From: an uncultured Acidimicrobiia bacterium
GTDB lineage: Bacteria > Acidobacteriota > Terriglobia > Versatilivoradales > Versatilivoraceae
Direction of reading: 5' to 3'
Length of the DNA stretch: 64,000 bases
Assembly (NCBI GenBank): GCA_963786955.1
Contig: CAWBAT010000005.1
Span: 1,632,001 to 1,696,000, forward strand
The notes under the pieces were generated by a model, which was given only the letters and a program-made list of their open reading frames with translations, was not told where the DNA came from and made no database searches. The position numbers and the translations under genes were made by a program. This document shows, piece after piece, positions 46,340 through 55,330 of this stretch (positions are counted from its first letter, which is position 1; each line of letters starts with the position of its first letter).

Positions 46340-46415
46340 GGGAGTTATAAGGGAAGTCCCCTTTGGGGATAGCGTCTTGCTTCCATGCTTTGTCTAGCAG
46401 CTTGAGTTTTTCCAT
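46340..46415 (-). pseudogene. Possible N-terminal stub of an integron integrase
   Basis: MEKLKLLDKA then EARRY in a shifted frame resembles the IntI start (KPKLLDQVR..IR.RHYS); divergent from the cassette-like genes; very short match. Confidence 0.3.
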
Positions 46416-46551
46416 GCCGAATTCTTTTGAGGTCTATTCTGGTTTGAGATTATTATTCAAACTGTGCTCAGCAATTACTGATACGCCAATCTCGATCTAA
46501 TCTGGCCAATAATGGCCCAATCGATTGCCTTAATTAGGGGCTTTAATCCTT

Positions 46552-46558
46552 GTTAGGC
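46552..46558 (+). other. Integron-type core site GTTAGGC (putative attI)
   Basis: Exact GTTRRRY ending 22 bp before the ATG at 46581. Confidence 0.4.
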
Positions 46559-46580
46559 CCTATCGTGTGAGTTCTAGTCA

Positions 46581-46817
46581 ATGGACTTTGAACTTGTTGG
46601 AGAGATTACGAAGATTGAACTGATTGCCGTTGGGCGGGCGATCCGTGAGCTTGCTCGACTGCGCAAGCAGTATGGCAAAGGCCGCTGGAGAAAGTTAAAA
46701 GGCGTTGGTACTGTGCGGCTTGAAGATGGTACCCTACATACAGCAGAATTACATTGGTATGAAGCGCACGGCATTGGGAAGAAATAGTTCAAACTGAAAT
46801 TCCCGCTGATGGATTAG
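46581..46817 (+). CDS. Small basic hypothetical protein with in-frame TAG at 46785-46787
   Basis: RLRKQYGKGRWRKLKG...AELHWYEAHGIGKK*FKLKFPLMD*; the extended frame ends 2 nt before the next ATG. Confidence 0.75.
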
Positions 46818-46819
46818 TT

Positions 46820-47056
46820 ATGAGAAAACGACGCAATCCTGAGTTGCAATTCGCAGTTTGTATCGATAACAAAGGCTATAAAGCTTCTCTTGAAATCGGA
46901 AAGCTGTATCGAGTCATAGCCGATGAAGAGGCAACTGCCCACGGTTACGTACGTGTGATCGACGAAAGTGGTGAAGATTACGGATACTCAGCGAATCGCT
47001 TCTTTCCGATAGAACTCCCTCAAGAATTGGAAAAAGCCCTACAGTTGGCATCTTAA
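46820..47056 (+). CDS. Small hypothetical protein, partner of 46581
   Basis: FAVCIDNKGYKASLE..KLY....RVIDESGEDY.Y....F.PIELP; tightly coupled to the upstream gene. Confidence 0.8.
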   Translation: MRKRRNPELQFAVCIDNKGYKASLEIGKLYRVIADEEATAHGYVRVIDESGEDYGYSANRFFPIELPQELEKALQLAS

Positions 47057-47079
47057 GAGTCATCCAACACCGGGCCAAT

Positions 47080-47181
47080 GCTGGCTGCGGAGTGCGATCT
47101 CGGTATTTACTGAAGAATCGAGTTTGACATTGAGAATTCCCGCTCACACAGATATGTAGAAGACACATGCCTTTGCCACCC
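47080..47181. repeat. REP-doublet family copy 1 (degenerate)
   Basis: GAATCGAGTTTGACATTGAGAATTCCCGC..ACACAGA.ATG.AGAA.ACACATG.CT.TGCCACCC shared with the copies at 48034 and 48904. Confidence 0.8.
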
Positions 47182-47240
47182 CGATCCCGGCAGTGGAGGT
47201 TGGGGAAGTTGTGACTTATTTCAGACTGCGTGTTAATCCT

Positions 47241-48026
47241 ATGCATCTCCATCGTCTCATAGTTGCCATACTTTTGTTATTACCCTCTGCCTTCGGTCAG
47301 AAACCAGAGTACGAGTTCTACTTTGAATTTCGAACAGTTTTTGGGGAGAGAGTGCAAGAGGAGAACCACTGGTCGCTGACGAATGAACAGATTTTCGAAA
47401 AATACGCCGCCAAACTCAAAGTCGATGGAATCGCCGAATCCGAGATCGCACGAAGGCTCAGATTGCTTCGGACGGAACACGCTGCTTTAGAGGCCGACTT
47501 TTATAGCCGTTACTACCTCGATAGCAAATCCAATTTCAATCACGCTCCAAACCGTTTCCTAATGGAGATGGTGAGAGGCAGGCAGTCGGGAGTAGCGCTG
47601 GACTATGGAATGGGGCAAGGGCGAAACTCTATATACCTCGCGAGCCTCGGGTGGCAGGTGTGGGGGTTCGATCCGGCCGAAACGGGCGTCGCAATCGCTC
47701 AGGAGAAAGCAAAGGAACTTGGGCTAACCTTGCACACCTCCGCCGTTAGCGACAGTAACTACGACTTCGGCGAGGAACGGTTTGACCTCATTCTCTTCAG
47801 TTGGAGTATGCCCTTTGTGCCAATTCAGAAAGTGGTCGACGCACTGAAGCCAGGAGGGATTGTTGTGATGGAATGCGGGGCCGACTTTGTCAACCGCAAC
47901 GGGATGTTGAGGATGTTCGACGCCTTGCCGATCGTCCGTTACGAAATTGTGCGGGCGAAGTCTGACTTTTACGGTCGCCGTGAGACGGACGTCCTGCGCA
48001 TGGTGGCGAGGAAGCCATTTCATTGA
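47241..48026 (+). CDS. Class I SAM-dependent methyltransferase (TehB-like) with N-terminal signal-like segment
   Basis: ALDYGMGQGRNSIYLA..GWQVWGFD, FDLI, LKPGG. Confidence 0.88.
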   Translation: MHLHRLIVAILLLLPSAFGQKPEYEFYFEFRTVFGERVQEENHWSLTNEQIFEKYAAKLKVDGIAESEIARRLRLLRTEHAALEADFYSRYYLDSKSNFNHAPNRFLMEMVRGRQSGVALDYGMGQGRNSIYLASLGWQVWGFDPAETGVAIAQEKAKELGLTLHTSAVSDSNYDFGEERFDLILFSWSMPFVPIQKVVDALKPGGIVVMECGADFVNRNGMLRMFDALPIVRYEIVRAKSDFYGRRETDVLRMVARKPFH

Positions 48027-48033
48027 AATGCGT

Positions 48034-48158
48034 GGCTGGCGCAGACATGCGTTGTTGGCATGTCTGCGGAGAGATCGAGCTGCCTGGATGAGGATCGAGT
48101 TTGTCATTGAGAATTCCCGCATACACAGACATGCAGAAAACACATGTCTGTGCCAGCC
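48034..48158. repeat. REP-doublet (REPIN-like) copy 2
   Basis: GGCTGGCGCAGACATGC..GCATGTCTGCG ... CACAGACATG..CATGTCTGTGCCAGCC: two inverted hairpins. Confidence 0.85.
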
Positions 48159-48233
48159 TCGGTGGCTAAGCAGTAAACCGCTAGGTCCTTGATATCCTCC
48201 TTCTATGTTGTTTGACCTTGTTGGTGGTGAGAC

Positions 48234-48527
48234 TTGCGCTACACTTTCGAGTGGGACCCTCGCAAGGCAAGGGAGAATCAAAGCAAGCATAAGGTCAGCT
48301 TTGAGCGTGCGGCAGAAGTTTTTCGGGACCCGTTGGCGCTGTCGATCTTCGATGAAGAGCACAGTGAACAGGAGCAACGCTGGGTCACCATGGGGAAAGA
48401 CAGCCACGGCAGTGTGCTGGTTCTCATCCACACCTTTTTGGAAATTTCGTCCGAAGAGTGCAGGATTCGAATCATTTCCGCCAGAAAAGCCAAGAATAAC
48501 GAGTCCAGGCAGTACGAGGAGAATTGA
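48234..48527 (+). CDS. brnT: BrnT family toxin
   Basis: FEWDPRKARENQSKHKVSFE.A..VF.DP, EQRWVTMG, IRIISARKA. Confidence 0.92.
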   Translation: MRYTFEWDPRKARENQSKHKVSFERAAEVFRDPLALSIFDEEHSEQEQRWVTMGKDSHGSVLVLIHTFLEISSEECRIRIISARKAKNNESRQYEEN

Positions 48528-48745
48528 ACATGAAAAGCAAATATGATTTTTCCAAGGGCGAGCGCGGGAAGTTCTTTCGTGCGGATGTCGAGTTAAATAT
48601 CCCAGTCTACTTGGATTCGGATGTGGCCCATGTTGTTCGGCAGTACGCAAAGAAAGGGAAGACCGACATCGGCGCGCTGGTGAATGAATGGCTTCGCAGA
48701 GACATCAAGTCGCTGGACCAATCGCGTAAGGTGAAGGTACGGTAA
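48524..48745 (+). CDS. BrnA/CopG-like antitoxin
   Basis: MKSKYDFSKGERGKF...IPVYLD.DV...LVNEWLR; overlaps the toxin stop. Confidence 0.85.
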   Translation: MNMKSKYDFSKGERGKFFRADVELNIPVYLDSDVAHVVRQYAKKGKTDIGALVNEWLRRDIKSLDQSRKVKVR

Positions 48746-48754
48746 CCTTTGGAG

Positions 48755-48853
48755 GCCTAAACCGGCGAACTAGCAAACTCTTGGCCGCACGCGGCTGTGG
48801 GAACTTGTTACGACTGGTTCGGCCAAAAGTCACTGAGCTTGAAGCCGTTAGGT
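48755..48853 (+). other. attC-like recombination site (degenerate)
   Basis: GCCTAAAC ... GTTAGGT ends; internal stem ACTCTTGGCCG / CGGCCAAAAGT; starts 10 bp after the antitoxin stop. Confidence 0.55.
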
Positions 48854-48903
48854 GGCAGGTGGAGCGATGGGTCTTAGGGAAATGCTGGACCACCATTAAC
48901 GTT

Positions 48904-49087
48904 GCTGGCGCAGACATGCGTTGTTGGCATGTCTGTGGAAAGACTGAGTTGAGGGAATGAGGTTTGAGTCACAAAATTGTCGGAACAACTTATAGTGGTC
49001 TCATCAATGTATTTACTAAAGAATCGAGTTTGACATTGAGAATTCCCGCAAACACAGACATGCAGAAAACACATGTCTGTGCCACCC
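48904..49087. repeat. REP-doublet copy 3
   Basis: Arms nearly identical to copy 2, with a longer spacer. Confidence 0.85.
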
Positions 49088-49136
49088 TCGTTTGTATTAC
49101 CCTTCCTTATCAATGTCACAATCTGGAGAATAAACG

Positions 49137-50135
49137 ATGAAGAAAATCCTCAATGAGCCTTTTGCATATGTAGATGAAATGTTGGTTGGACTTTGCGCCG
49201 CACACCCTCAGTATTTCAAGCAGGTCGGACCTGATGGCCGGGTCATTGCGCGTCCGGATGGGCCGGTCAAAGGAAAGGTAGGCATTGCCACTGGAGGAGG
49301 TTCCGGGCATCTGCCGGTTTTTACGGGTTACGTCGGGAAAGGATTAGTGGACGCTTGCGCGATTGGAGAAGTGTTCTCGTCTCCTTCCGTGGATCAAATG
49401 GCAGAGGCGATCCGAGCGGCCCATGGCGGTCGCGGTGTCCTGAGACTGTACGGGAATTACGGCGGCGACAACATGAATTTTGACATGGCAGGTGAAATGG
49501 TGGAAATGGAAGATATCCAGACTACCACGGTTCGCGTTGCCGATGATGTGGCCAGTGCCAGTCTCCAGGAACGGTCCAAGCGGCGAGGAGTGGCAGGTCT
49601 GGTGTACGCCTACAAAATCGCAGGGGCTAAGGCCGACACTGGCGCCAACCTGCAGGAGGTCACCGCAGTCGCCCAGAAAGCCGCTCTCGCTTGCCATTCG
49701 ATTGGTGTAGCCCTCACTTCTTGTACGGTCCCTGCAGTCGGGAAGCCGACCTTCGAGATCGGCGAGAATGAGATGGAAATTGGAATGGGGATTCACGGTG
49801 AGCCCGGTGTGCGGCGAGGTCCACTCAGAAAGGCCGATGCCATCTGCGAGGAAATGCTCTCGCTCCTGCTGGCTGACGTACCGCTCCGAGCCGGAGACCG
49901 GATTTCGGTCTTGGTCAACAGCCTGGGCGCCACACCTCCCGAAGAACTTTATATTGTCTATCGATATGTTTCTCAAAAGCTGGCAGAGCTCGGAGTCGCT
50001 GTCGTTATGCCCTGGGTGGGACGCTATGCGACATCGATGGAAATGGCGGGGCTTTCGATCACCTTCTGCAAACTGGACAACGAACTGGAATCTTTGCTGA
50101 AAGCTCCTTGCGATTCCCCCTATCTGAGAGTCTGA
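49137..50135 (+). CDS. dhaK: Dihydroxyacetone kinase subunit K
   Basis: GGGSGHLP, NYGGD, RRGVAG, GMGIHGEPG. Confidence 0.93.
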   Translation: MKKILNEPFAYVDEMLVGLCAAHPQYFKQVGPDGRVIARPDGPVKGKVGIATGGGSGHLPVFTGYVGKGLVDACAIGEVFSSPSVDQMAEAIRAAHGGRGVLRLYGNYGGDNMNFDMAGEMVEMEDIQTTTVRVADDVASASLQERSKRRGVAGLVYAYKIAGAKADTGANLQEVTAVAQKAALACHSIGVALTSCTVPAVGKPTFEIGENEMEIGMGIHGEPGVRRGPLRKADAICEEMLSLLLADVPLRAGDRISVLVNSLGATPPEELYIVYRYVSQKLAELGVAVVMPWVGRYATSMEMAGLSITFCKLDNELESLLKAPCDSPYLRV

Positions 50136-50136
50136 A

Positions 50137-50745
50137 ATGGAAAACGGATTCACTACCGATATCCTCCGCGAAGGCTTCGCACGGATGATTGCAAAACTCG
50201 AAGCCTGCGCGGAGGAACTCAATGGACTCGATGCAGTCTTGGGAGATGGAGATCTGGGCGTCACCATGATGCGAGGCGCCAAGAGTGTGCAGGCAGAACT
50301 AGCGAACTTGCCAGACGATGTCGGCATGGCGCTGTTGAAGTGTGCCCAAGCATTCACCAAAATCTCTGGGTCCACTCTCGGCACCCTGCTGGCGACTGGT
50401 CTGATGAGCGCCGCCAAAGCCACGAAGGGTCGCCATGAGATTCCATGGAACGAAATTTCTCCCCTCCTCTCCGGTGCCCGAGATTCGATGTCCAGCCGCA
50501 GCCAAGGGCAACTGGGCGACAAAACGATTTTGGACGCCCTGGACGCCGCGCGAGTGGCCACTGAGGGTCTGGAAGATCCCCGAGCCATGGCCAGCGCGGC
50601 CAATGAGGCGGTCGCTTCTGCCCTTGAGCATTTTCGAGGTCAACCCTCGCGCCAGGGGCGGGCCCGCATTTTCGGAGACAAGAGCATCGGCCAAGACGAT
50701 CCTGGAATGGTTGCATTCAAACGCATTCTCGAGAGTCTGTTGTAA
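50137..50745 (+). CDS. dhaL: Dihydroxyacetone kinase subunit L
   Basis: LDAVLGDGDLG, GDKTILDAL, GRA....KSIG.DDPG. Confidence 0.92.
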   Translation: MENGFTTDILREGFARMIAKLEACAEELNGLDAVLGDGDLGVTMMRGAKSVQAELANLPDDVGMALLKCAQAFTKISGSTLGTLLATGLMSAAKATKGRHEIPWNEISPLLSGARDSMSSRSQGQLGDKTILDALDAARVATEGLEDPRAMASAANEAVASALEHFRGQPSRQGRARIFGDKSIGQDDPGMVAFKRILESLL

Positions 50746-50949
50746 CTTGCCTCGGAGCCGTTGGCCTGATTCAATGCGACATTAAAGGGGCGTAGTTTGT
50801 TGCAACGGAGATTGTCACCTGGGAGGCCGTGTCACCGGTAGAATCAGTTAAAATAACAGCTCGATTGAGACAAGTTAAAAGGCGTCGCGTCACACCAAAC
50901 GGAGTCCCAAACAAGTTTGACGAGAAAGAGGCACCGATCGCTCAGGCTC

Positions 50950-51741
50950 TCATTGGTTCGACCACTCGGCCGCCGTCAGATAGCCTCCATCCACAATCAG
51001 GGAAGTCCCTGTGATTCCGCCCGATTCATCACTGGACAAGTACAGCACGGCTCGAGCGATATCATCAGGTTGTAGCAATCGTTCGAGGGGGACGCGATCC
51101 AGTCGATCCAATAGCGTCTGTTCTGGATCAGGACTACTTTCGAGGTGAAATCGCAACATCGGAGTATCCGTAATTCCAGGGCAGACACAATTAACGCGAA
51201 TGTGATACTGAGACAGATCAAGAGCCAGACTCTTCGACAGCATAAGTACGGCGCCCTTCGAAGCGACGTAGGAAGGTGTCCACTTCTGCCCCACGAAACT
51301 TGAGATCGAACCAATATTGACAATCGTGGACCTGGAGGACTTTTTCAACCAGGGCAGCGAGTGCTTTGTGGTCAGGAAGATCGACTTGACATTGACATCC
51401 ATCACCCGGTCCCATTCCTCCACGGTCTGTTCTTCAATAGGTTTAATCAGAACAACACCGGCGTTATTCACCAGATGGTCTATCCCCCCAAAGACTCCGC
51501 TGACTTTGTCCATCAAACGAATGACGTCCTCTTCCTTAGCCACGTCAGCAGAAAAGAACTCGCAAACCAGACCTTTCGAGCGAAAAGCACTCACAGCCTC
51601 ACGCCCCAAATCCTCGTTGAGGTCCACCAAGGCAACTTTAGCCCTCTCTTCCGCAAACCGCTCAACAATCCCTAACCCAATGCCGCTCGCTGCACCCGTC
51701 ACAATGGCGACTTGGTCCTCTAATCGTCGGCCCATACTCAT
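50950..51741 (-). CDS. SDR family oxidoreductase
   Basis: TGAASGIG, NNAG, YVASK, VNCVCPG; start overlaps the upstream stop. Confidence 0.95.
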   Translation of the reverse strand: MSMGRRLEDQVAIVTGAASGIGLGIVERFAEERAKVALVDLNEDLGREAVSAFRSKGLVCEFFSADVAKEEDVIRLMDKVSGVFGGIDHLVNNAGVVLIKPIEEQTVEEWDRVMDVNVKSIFLTTKHSLPWLKKSSRSTIVNIGSISSFVGQKWTPSYVASKGAVLMLSKSLALDLSQYHIRVNCVCPGITDTPMLRFHLESSPDPEQTLLDRLDRVPLERLLQPDDIARAVLYLSSDESGGITGTSLIVDGGYLTAAEWSNQ

Positions 51742-52601
51742 GCCAGAACTCCTCCCGGAAAACGTTTGAAGAACTCGGGATCGTAAATCGAAGCAATGAG
51801 GCTGCTTTCCTGCTTGATTCGTTTCCAAGTGGCGTCCGCTTCCATCATGCTCTCCATCACCCCCAGATAATGTCCGCCTTCAAGATTGCCGTACTTGAAA
51901 AATGAGTCCGTGATCAGCGCCGTGCCTTTTTCTGTTTCGATGCAGATGGCGATGGAGGACCGGTGATGAACCCCAGCCCAAAAAGTCCGAATCCCAGGAC
52001 TGACTTCCTCCTCGTCCGATAAAAGTCTCAGGTGTTCCCAGCCTTCGTTTTGGAGAAAGTTGTTCACTTCTGGAGGAATGCGCATGTGTCTGGGAACGTG
52101 CAGGTGATAATAGGGAGCTTGAAAATCCTCGATCCACCCTTTCCGAGAGATGCAGATCTGGGCGTTCCGGAATAAATGGATATTGGCGGTCGCATAAGCT
52201 TGAAGGGGCGTGACGATGACTAAGTCGATATCTTCTGGTCTGAGCCCTTTCGACTTAAGGATTTGCTCCGGGCGCTGTTCTTCAGCCCGAACAATCTGGG
52301 CTTCATCAAAGCCAAAAAAATCGAGCCAGGCTTTGTTCATGATGGAAAGATCACGCGGCGGGCCGGTATTGATCAGAATGTTTTTGCCGCCTCCCTGGAC
52401 CAGGAAAATGATGAGGTTCATTTCTTCGCGTTCACCCCACCCCTGCATCCAGTAGACTTCCGGCCTTGGAACCCAGAATGTTCCAGCATTGAAACCTTGA
52501 ATTGTATATTTCGTCGGATGACTTTCTTCTGTCACAGATTTCCATTCCTCTTTTCTCTTAGGGGTATTACTCGCGCTAAGGATCGCCATCTCTCGCATCA
52601 T
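51738..52601 (-). CDS. MBL-fold (AHL-lactonase-like) protein with non-canonical metal motif
   Basis: ILINTG, LRPEDIDLVIVTPLQAYATAN, EVSPGI...GVHH layout of the lactonase family; start uncertain. Confidence 0.7.
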   Translation of the reverse strand: MMREMAILSASNTPKRKEEWKSVTEESHPTKYTIQGFNAGTFWVPRPEVYWMQGWGEREEMNLIIFLVQGGGKNILINTGPPRDLSIMNKAWLDFFGFDEAQIVRAEEQRPEQILKSKGLRPEDIDLVIVTPLQAYATANIHLFRNAQICISRKGWIEDFQAPYYHLHVPRHMRIPPEVNNFLQNEGWEHLRLLSDEEEVSPGIRTFWAGVHHRSSIAICIETEKGTALITDSFFKYGNLEGGHYLGVMESMMEADATWKRIKQESSLIASIYDPEFFKRFPGGVLA

Positions 52602-53138
52602 CCAGAACGCGCACCATCGGGGCTGTCCTCACTATCTCATGGTCGGCAAACTGCCAACCACCTTCTTTCCAGGAGTGATCTCAAAGGCATGGACTCCCTT
52701 ACCCTCCTGCCCGCGGAGGAAATTACCAATCACCAAATTCCCGTTACGAAGGGTTTGCAAACTGGTGATCCAGTCGCTCGTGGCCAAGCTGTTCCGTGGA
52801 TGTCAAACCCTTCATTCTATAATTGTAACAAATCAGACGTCGTGCTTCACCAAAGCCGCGCAATCAGACGTCCTTGTCATTAAGGCATTTGGGCGCACCT
52901 GTCAACCCGAAAAGCCTTGGAGCTTACGTACTTTGATTACAGTCTACCAAATAGAGAGATTTTCTTGACTTCGTTTATTGGCCAGCGCGAGAATGGTTGG
53001 AGTAACACATCGTTCATCTTAATCGTCTCGTCGGCCTGCTCAGCCCGTAGTTTGAGCGTAGTGGGCCACGCAGTATTTAAATCGCACCCGCATCCTTTAG
53101 CCGGATCGGGCAGCCTAAGTTGGAAAGGAGAATCAATC

Positions 53139-53576
53139 ATGGCGACTAAAATCACCGGGACATTTTCCGGAAAAATCAGGACGCAGGCCGCAGCGGCACT
53201 CTTCCACGAGGACAATCATGCCCTCACACTGATAGAAGTGGCAGGGCCTCAAACTTCACCCGACCCGCTGTATAACGGGGCGAAGATCACTTACTGGGGC
53301 ATCGGCGATCTGGAGAATGGCAATGGCACCCAGAAAGGCTATTGGTGCAACGAACACCCCGACGGCGACCGCGACTGGGGCACCTTCGAGGGCAAAATTA
53401 TTACTTCCGGCCAACAGGTAAGCATGGAAGGTACGTTCAAATTCACGGGCGGCACCGGCAAATTTAAGGGCATGACCGGCAGCGGCAAATACAAGGGCCA
53501 TTTCCCCTCTCCCACGGACGTCGTCAATAATTGGGACGGCGAATACACACTCGCCTCATCCAAGGCCGCAAACTAG
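53139..53576 (+). CDS. Hypothetical beta-rich protein
   Basis: AAAGGAG RBS; DGD..WGTFEG, GTFKFTGGTGKFKGMTGSG. Confidence 0.8.
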   Translation: MATKITGTFSGKIRTQAAAALFHEDNHALTLIEVAGPQTSPDPLYNGAKITYWGIGDLENGNGTQKGYWCNEHPDGDRDWGTFEGKIITSGQQVSMEGTFKFTGGTGKFKGMTGSGKYKGHFPSPTDVVNNWDGEYTLASSKAAN

Positions 53577-53681
53577 TGCTAAGTTGCGCAAATTTGCGGT
53601 AATTGCTGTAGCCGGGGACGTTGACCCCGGCCGGCCCCAGCGGGGCCAGCTACAACACGGACTTCTGCAACTTCGTACTAG
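53573..53681. mobile_element. MITE with CTAG ends carrying a REP-like hairpin
   Basis: CTAGTGCTAAGTTGCGCAA ... TTCTGCAACTTCGTACTAG inverted repeats; internal GTAGCCGGGG..CCCCGGC. Confidence 0.65.
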
Positions 53682-53822
53682 ACAAGTTTTTCCCCTCTCA
53701 GGCGCAGTCCTCCCGCGGTCTGCGCCTGCTGGGGGGAGCAGTTCCAACCCGTGGGCATCTGCGGCGACGACCTCGGCGCGGACGAGAAGGCCAAACGATC
53801 CCACTAGCCCAGGGTAGCCTTG

Positions 53823-55022
53823 TCACATATAGCTCAGCCACCAGTCCCGGCGCCGCGCCTTTACTGCAGCGAGCCAGCGACAGAACGGGTACAAGATGGC
53901 CATGACCAAAATCCAGACGACATAAACACCAGGCAGCGTGACGCCGTAATTTTTCGGATAGAAGAAGAAAGGCGCAAGGAATTGCCTGGCGTTGAACCCC
54001 TGGGTCACGCCCAACAGCACACTTAAGATGTGGATCAGGAAGAAGTGCGCAACATAGAACGCAAAAGGTACTCGGCCGAACGTCACGAGTGCGTCCTTGA
54101 TGACACCCGTCATGCGATCCGCGAAGGCACAAAGAATGGCCGCTGGCCCAAGTGTCATGAGCAGGAACAACAGGCTTGGGGGGTACTTCGTCGTATTTAG
54201 AAAATCGATGAATGTCTCGACCACTCCATTGGGTTGTCGTTGCCATGGATTTGGGTCGCCGTAGACGTCGATGGCCCTGAGCACCAGGAAGGCCGTTGTC
54301 AGCGCAACGCCGAATCGAAGCAACATTGAGTTACGCCGAGAAGCTGGGAGTTCGAATACGCTGGAGACACCAAAACCGAGCAACATGACGCCGACCCAGG
54401 GCAGCAGTGGATAGATGAAGATGAACAGAAACGGGCCCGTGCTGTGCGCCATCTGCGAGTGCAGGGCCACCCATAATGGCCAGCTCTGATCGAAAAGCTT
54501 GCTCGCGGGCCAAAACGAATCGAGCAGATTATGCCCGGCAACGATCACGGCACCGATCACGATGCAGGCCTGCCGTCCCAGAAGTTGGGCACCAGAGAGC
54601 ACTACCATGCTCGCGCCGATCGCCCAGATCACCCCCATGGGCACGAGTACCCGCCCGGCAACCTCCTTGATTCCGCCCGGAGCGAACGTCATAGCCGTGG
54701 AGATCACGAACCATTCGACAAAGATCAGCCAGAGGCCCCGTTTAAACAGAAATCGGGCAAGCTCGGTCGGGCCCCTTCTTGCCGTCATCAGCCCGGCGCT
54801 GGTACCGGCAAGAAATATGAACACGGGCGCGCAGAAATGCGTGATCCAGCGGGTCGCAAACAAGCCGGGGCTGATATGGGGATTTGCTGTCGGATCCCCC
54901 ACGGCGCCGATCATGACGAAGTCTCGAACATGGTCAATCGCCATGATGACGATTGCCAGTCCACGTACCATGTCGATGGAATTGAGCCGGTATGCGCGTT
55001 GGTCAATAGATTCGATAGTCAT
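53823..55022 (-). CDS. DUF1624 / HGSNAT-like membrane protein
   Basis: SIDMVRGLAIVIMAIDHVRD, TRWITHFCAPVF, KYPPSL, FGRVPFAFY. Confidence 0.88.
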   Translation of the reverse strand: MTIESIDQRAYRLNSIDMVRGLAIVIMAIDHVRDFVMIGAVGDPTANPHISPGLFATRWITHFCAPVFIFLAGTSAGLMTARRGPTELARFLFKRGLWLIFVEWFVISTAMTFAPGGIKEVAGRVLVPMGVIWAIGASMVVLSGAQLLGRQACIVIGAVIVAGHNLLDSFWPASKLFDQSWPLWVALHSQMAHSTGPFLFIFIYPLLPWVGVMLLGFGVSSVFELPASRRNSMLLRFGVALTTAFLVLRAIDVYGDPNPWQRQPNGVVETFIDFLNTTKYPPSLLFLLMTLGPAAILCAFADRMTGVIKDALVTFGRVPFAFYVAHFFLIHILSVLLGVTQGFNARQFLAPFFFYPKNYGVTLPGVYVVWILVMAILYPFCRWLAAVKARRRDWWLSYM

Positions 55023-55130
55023 GTCTTGGATTCCCCCCCTCGCTCCGACGCGCCTTTGCAGCGTCACTTATCGTCGATGCTGCCTGAAAGGTTGTCGAAT
55101 CGGTGATCAGTTAGCCGATATGCCAGCCCA

Positions 55131-55215
55131 GTCTAACACTTCCGAGTGAGCTAAAGGCGGCGGCGCCATGATTGCTTAAACCGTCTGACGCGCCGGCTCT
55201 ATCTGAACGTGACTC
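55131..55215 (-). other. Degenerate attC-like site upstream of the DUF1624 gene
   Basis: Minus strand GAGCCGGCGCG...GCGCCGCCGCCTTTAGCTCACTCGGAAGTGTTAGAC ends in GTTRRRY; left core eroded. Confidence 0.35.
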
Positions 55216-55330
55216 AGTCACCGGCCGAAGTGGTCAACAGCGCAACCACTTCAAATAAGATTCGTAGGCCACAACCAGCCTTGGCCCTGCATTTCATGAA
55301 TTCGGTGACGTGTTTTTGGATGGGGGCCAT

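Noticed and set aside
47080-49087. CRISPR array
   Set aside because: Repeats are over 100 bp, separated by whole genes, and no cas genes are present; better explained as REP doublets
49344-50603. 419-aa minus-strand ORF
   Set aside because: Antisense to dhaK and dhaL
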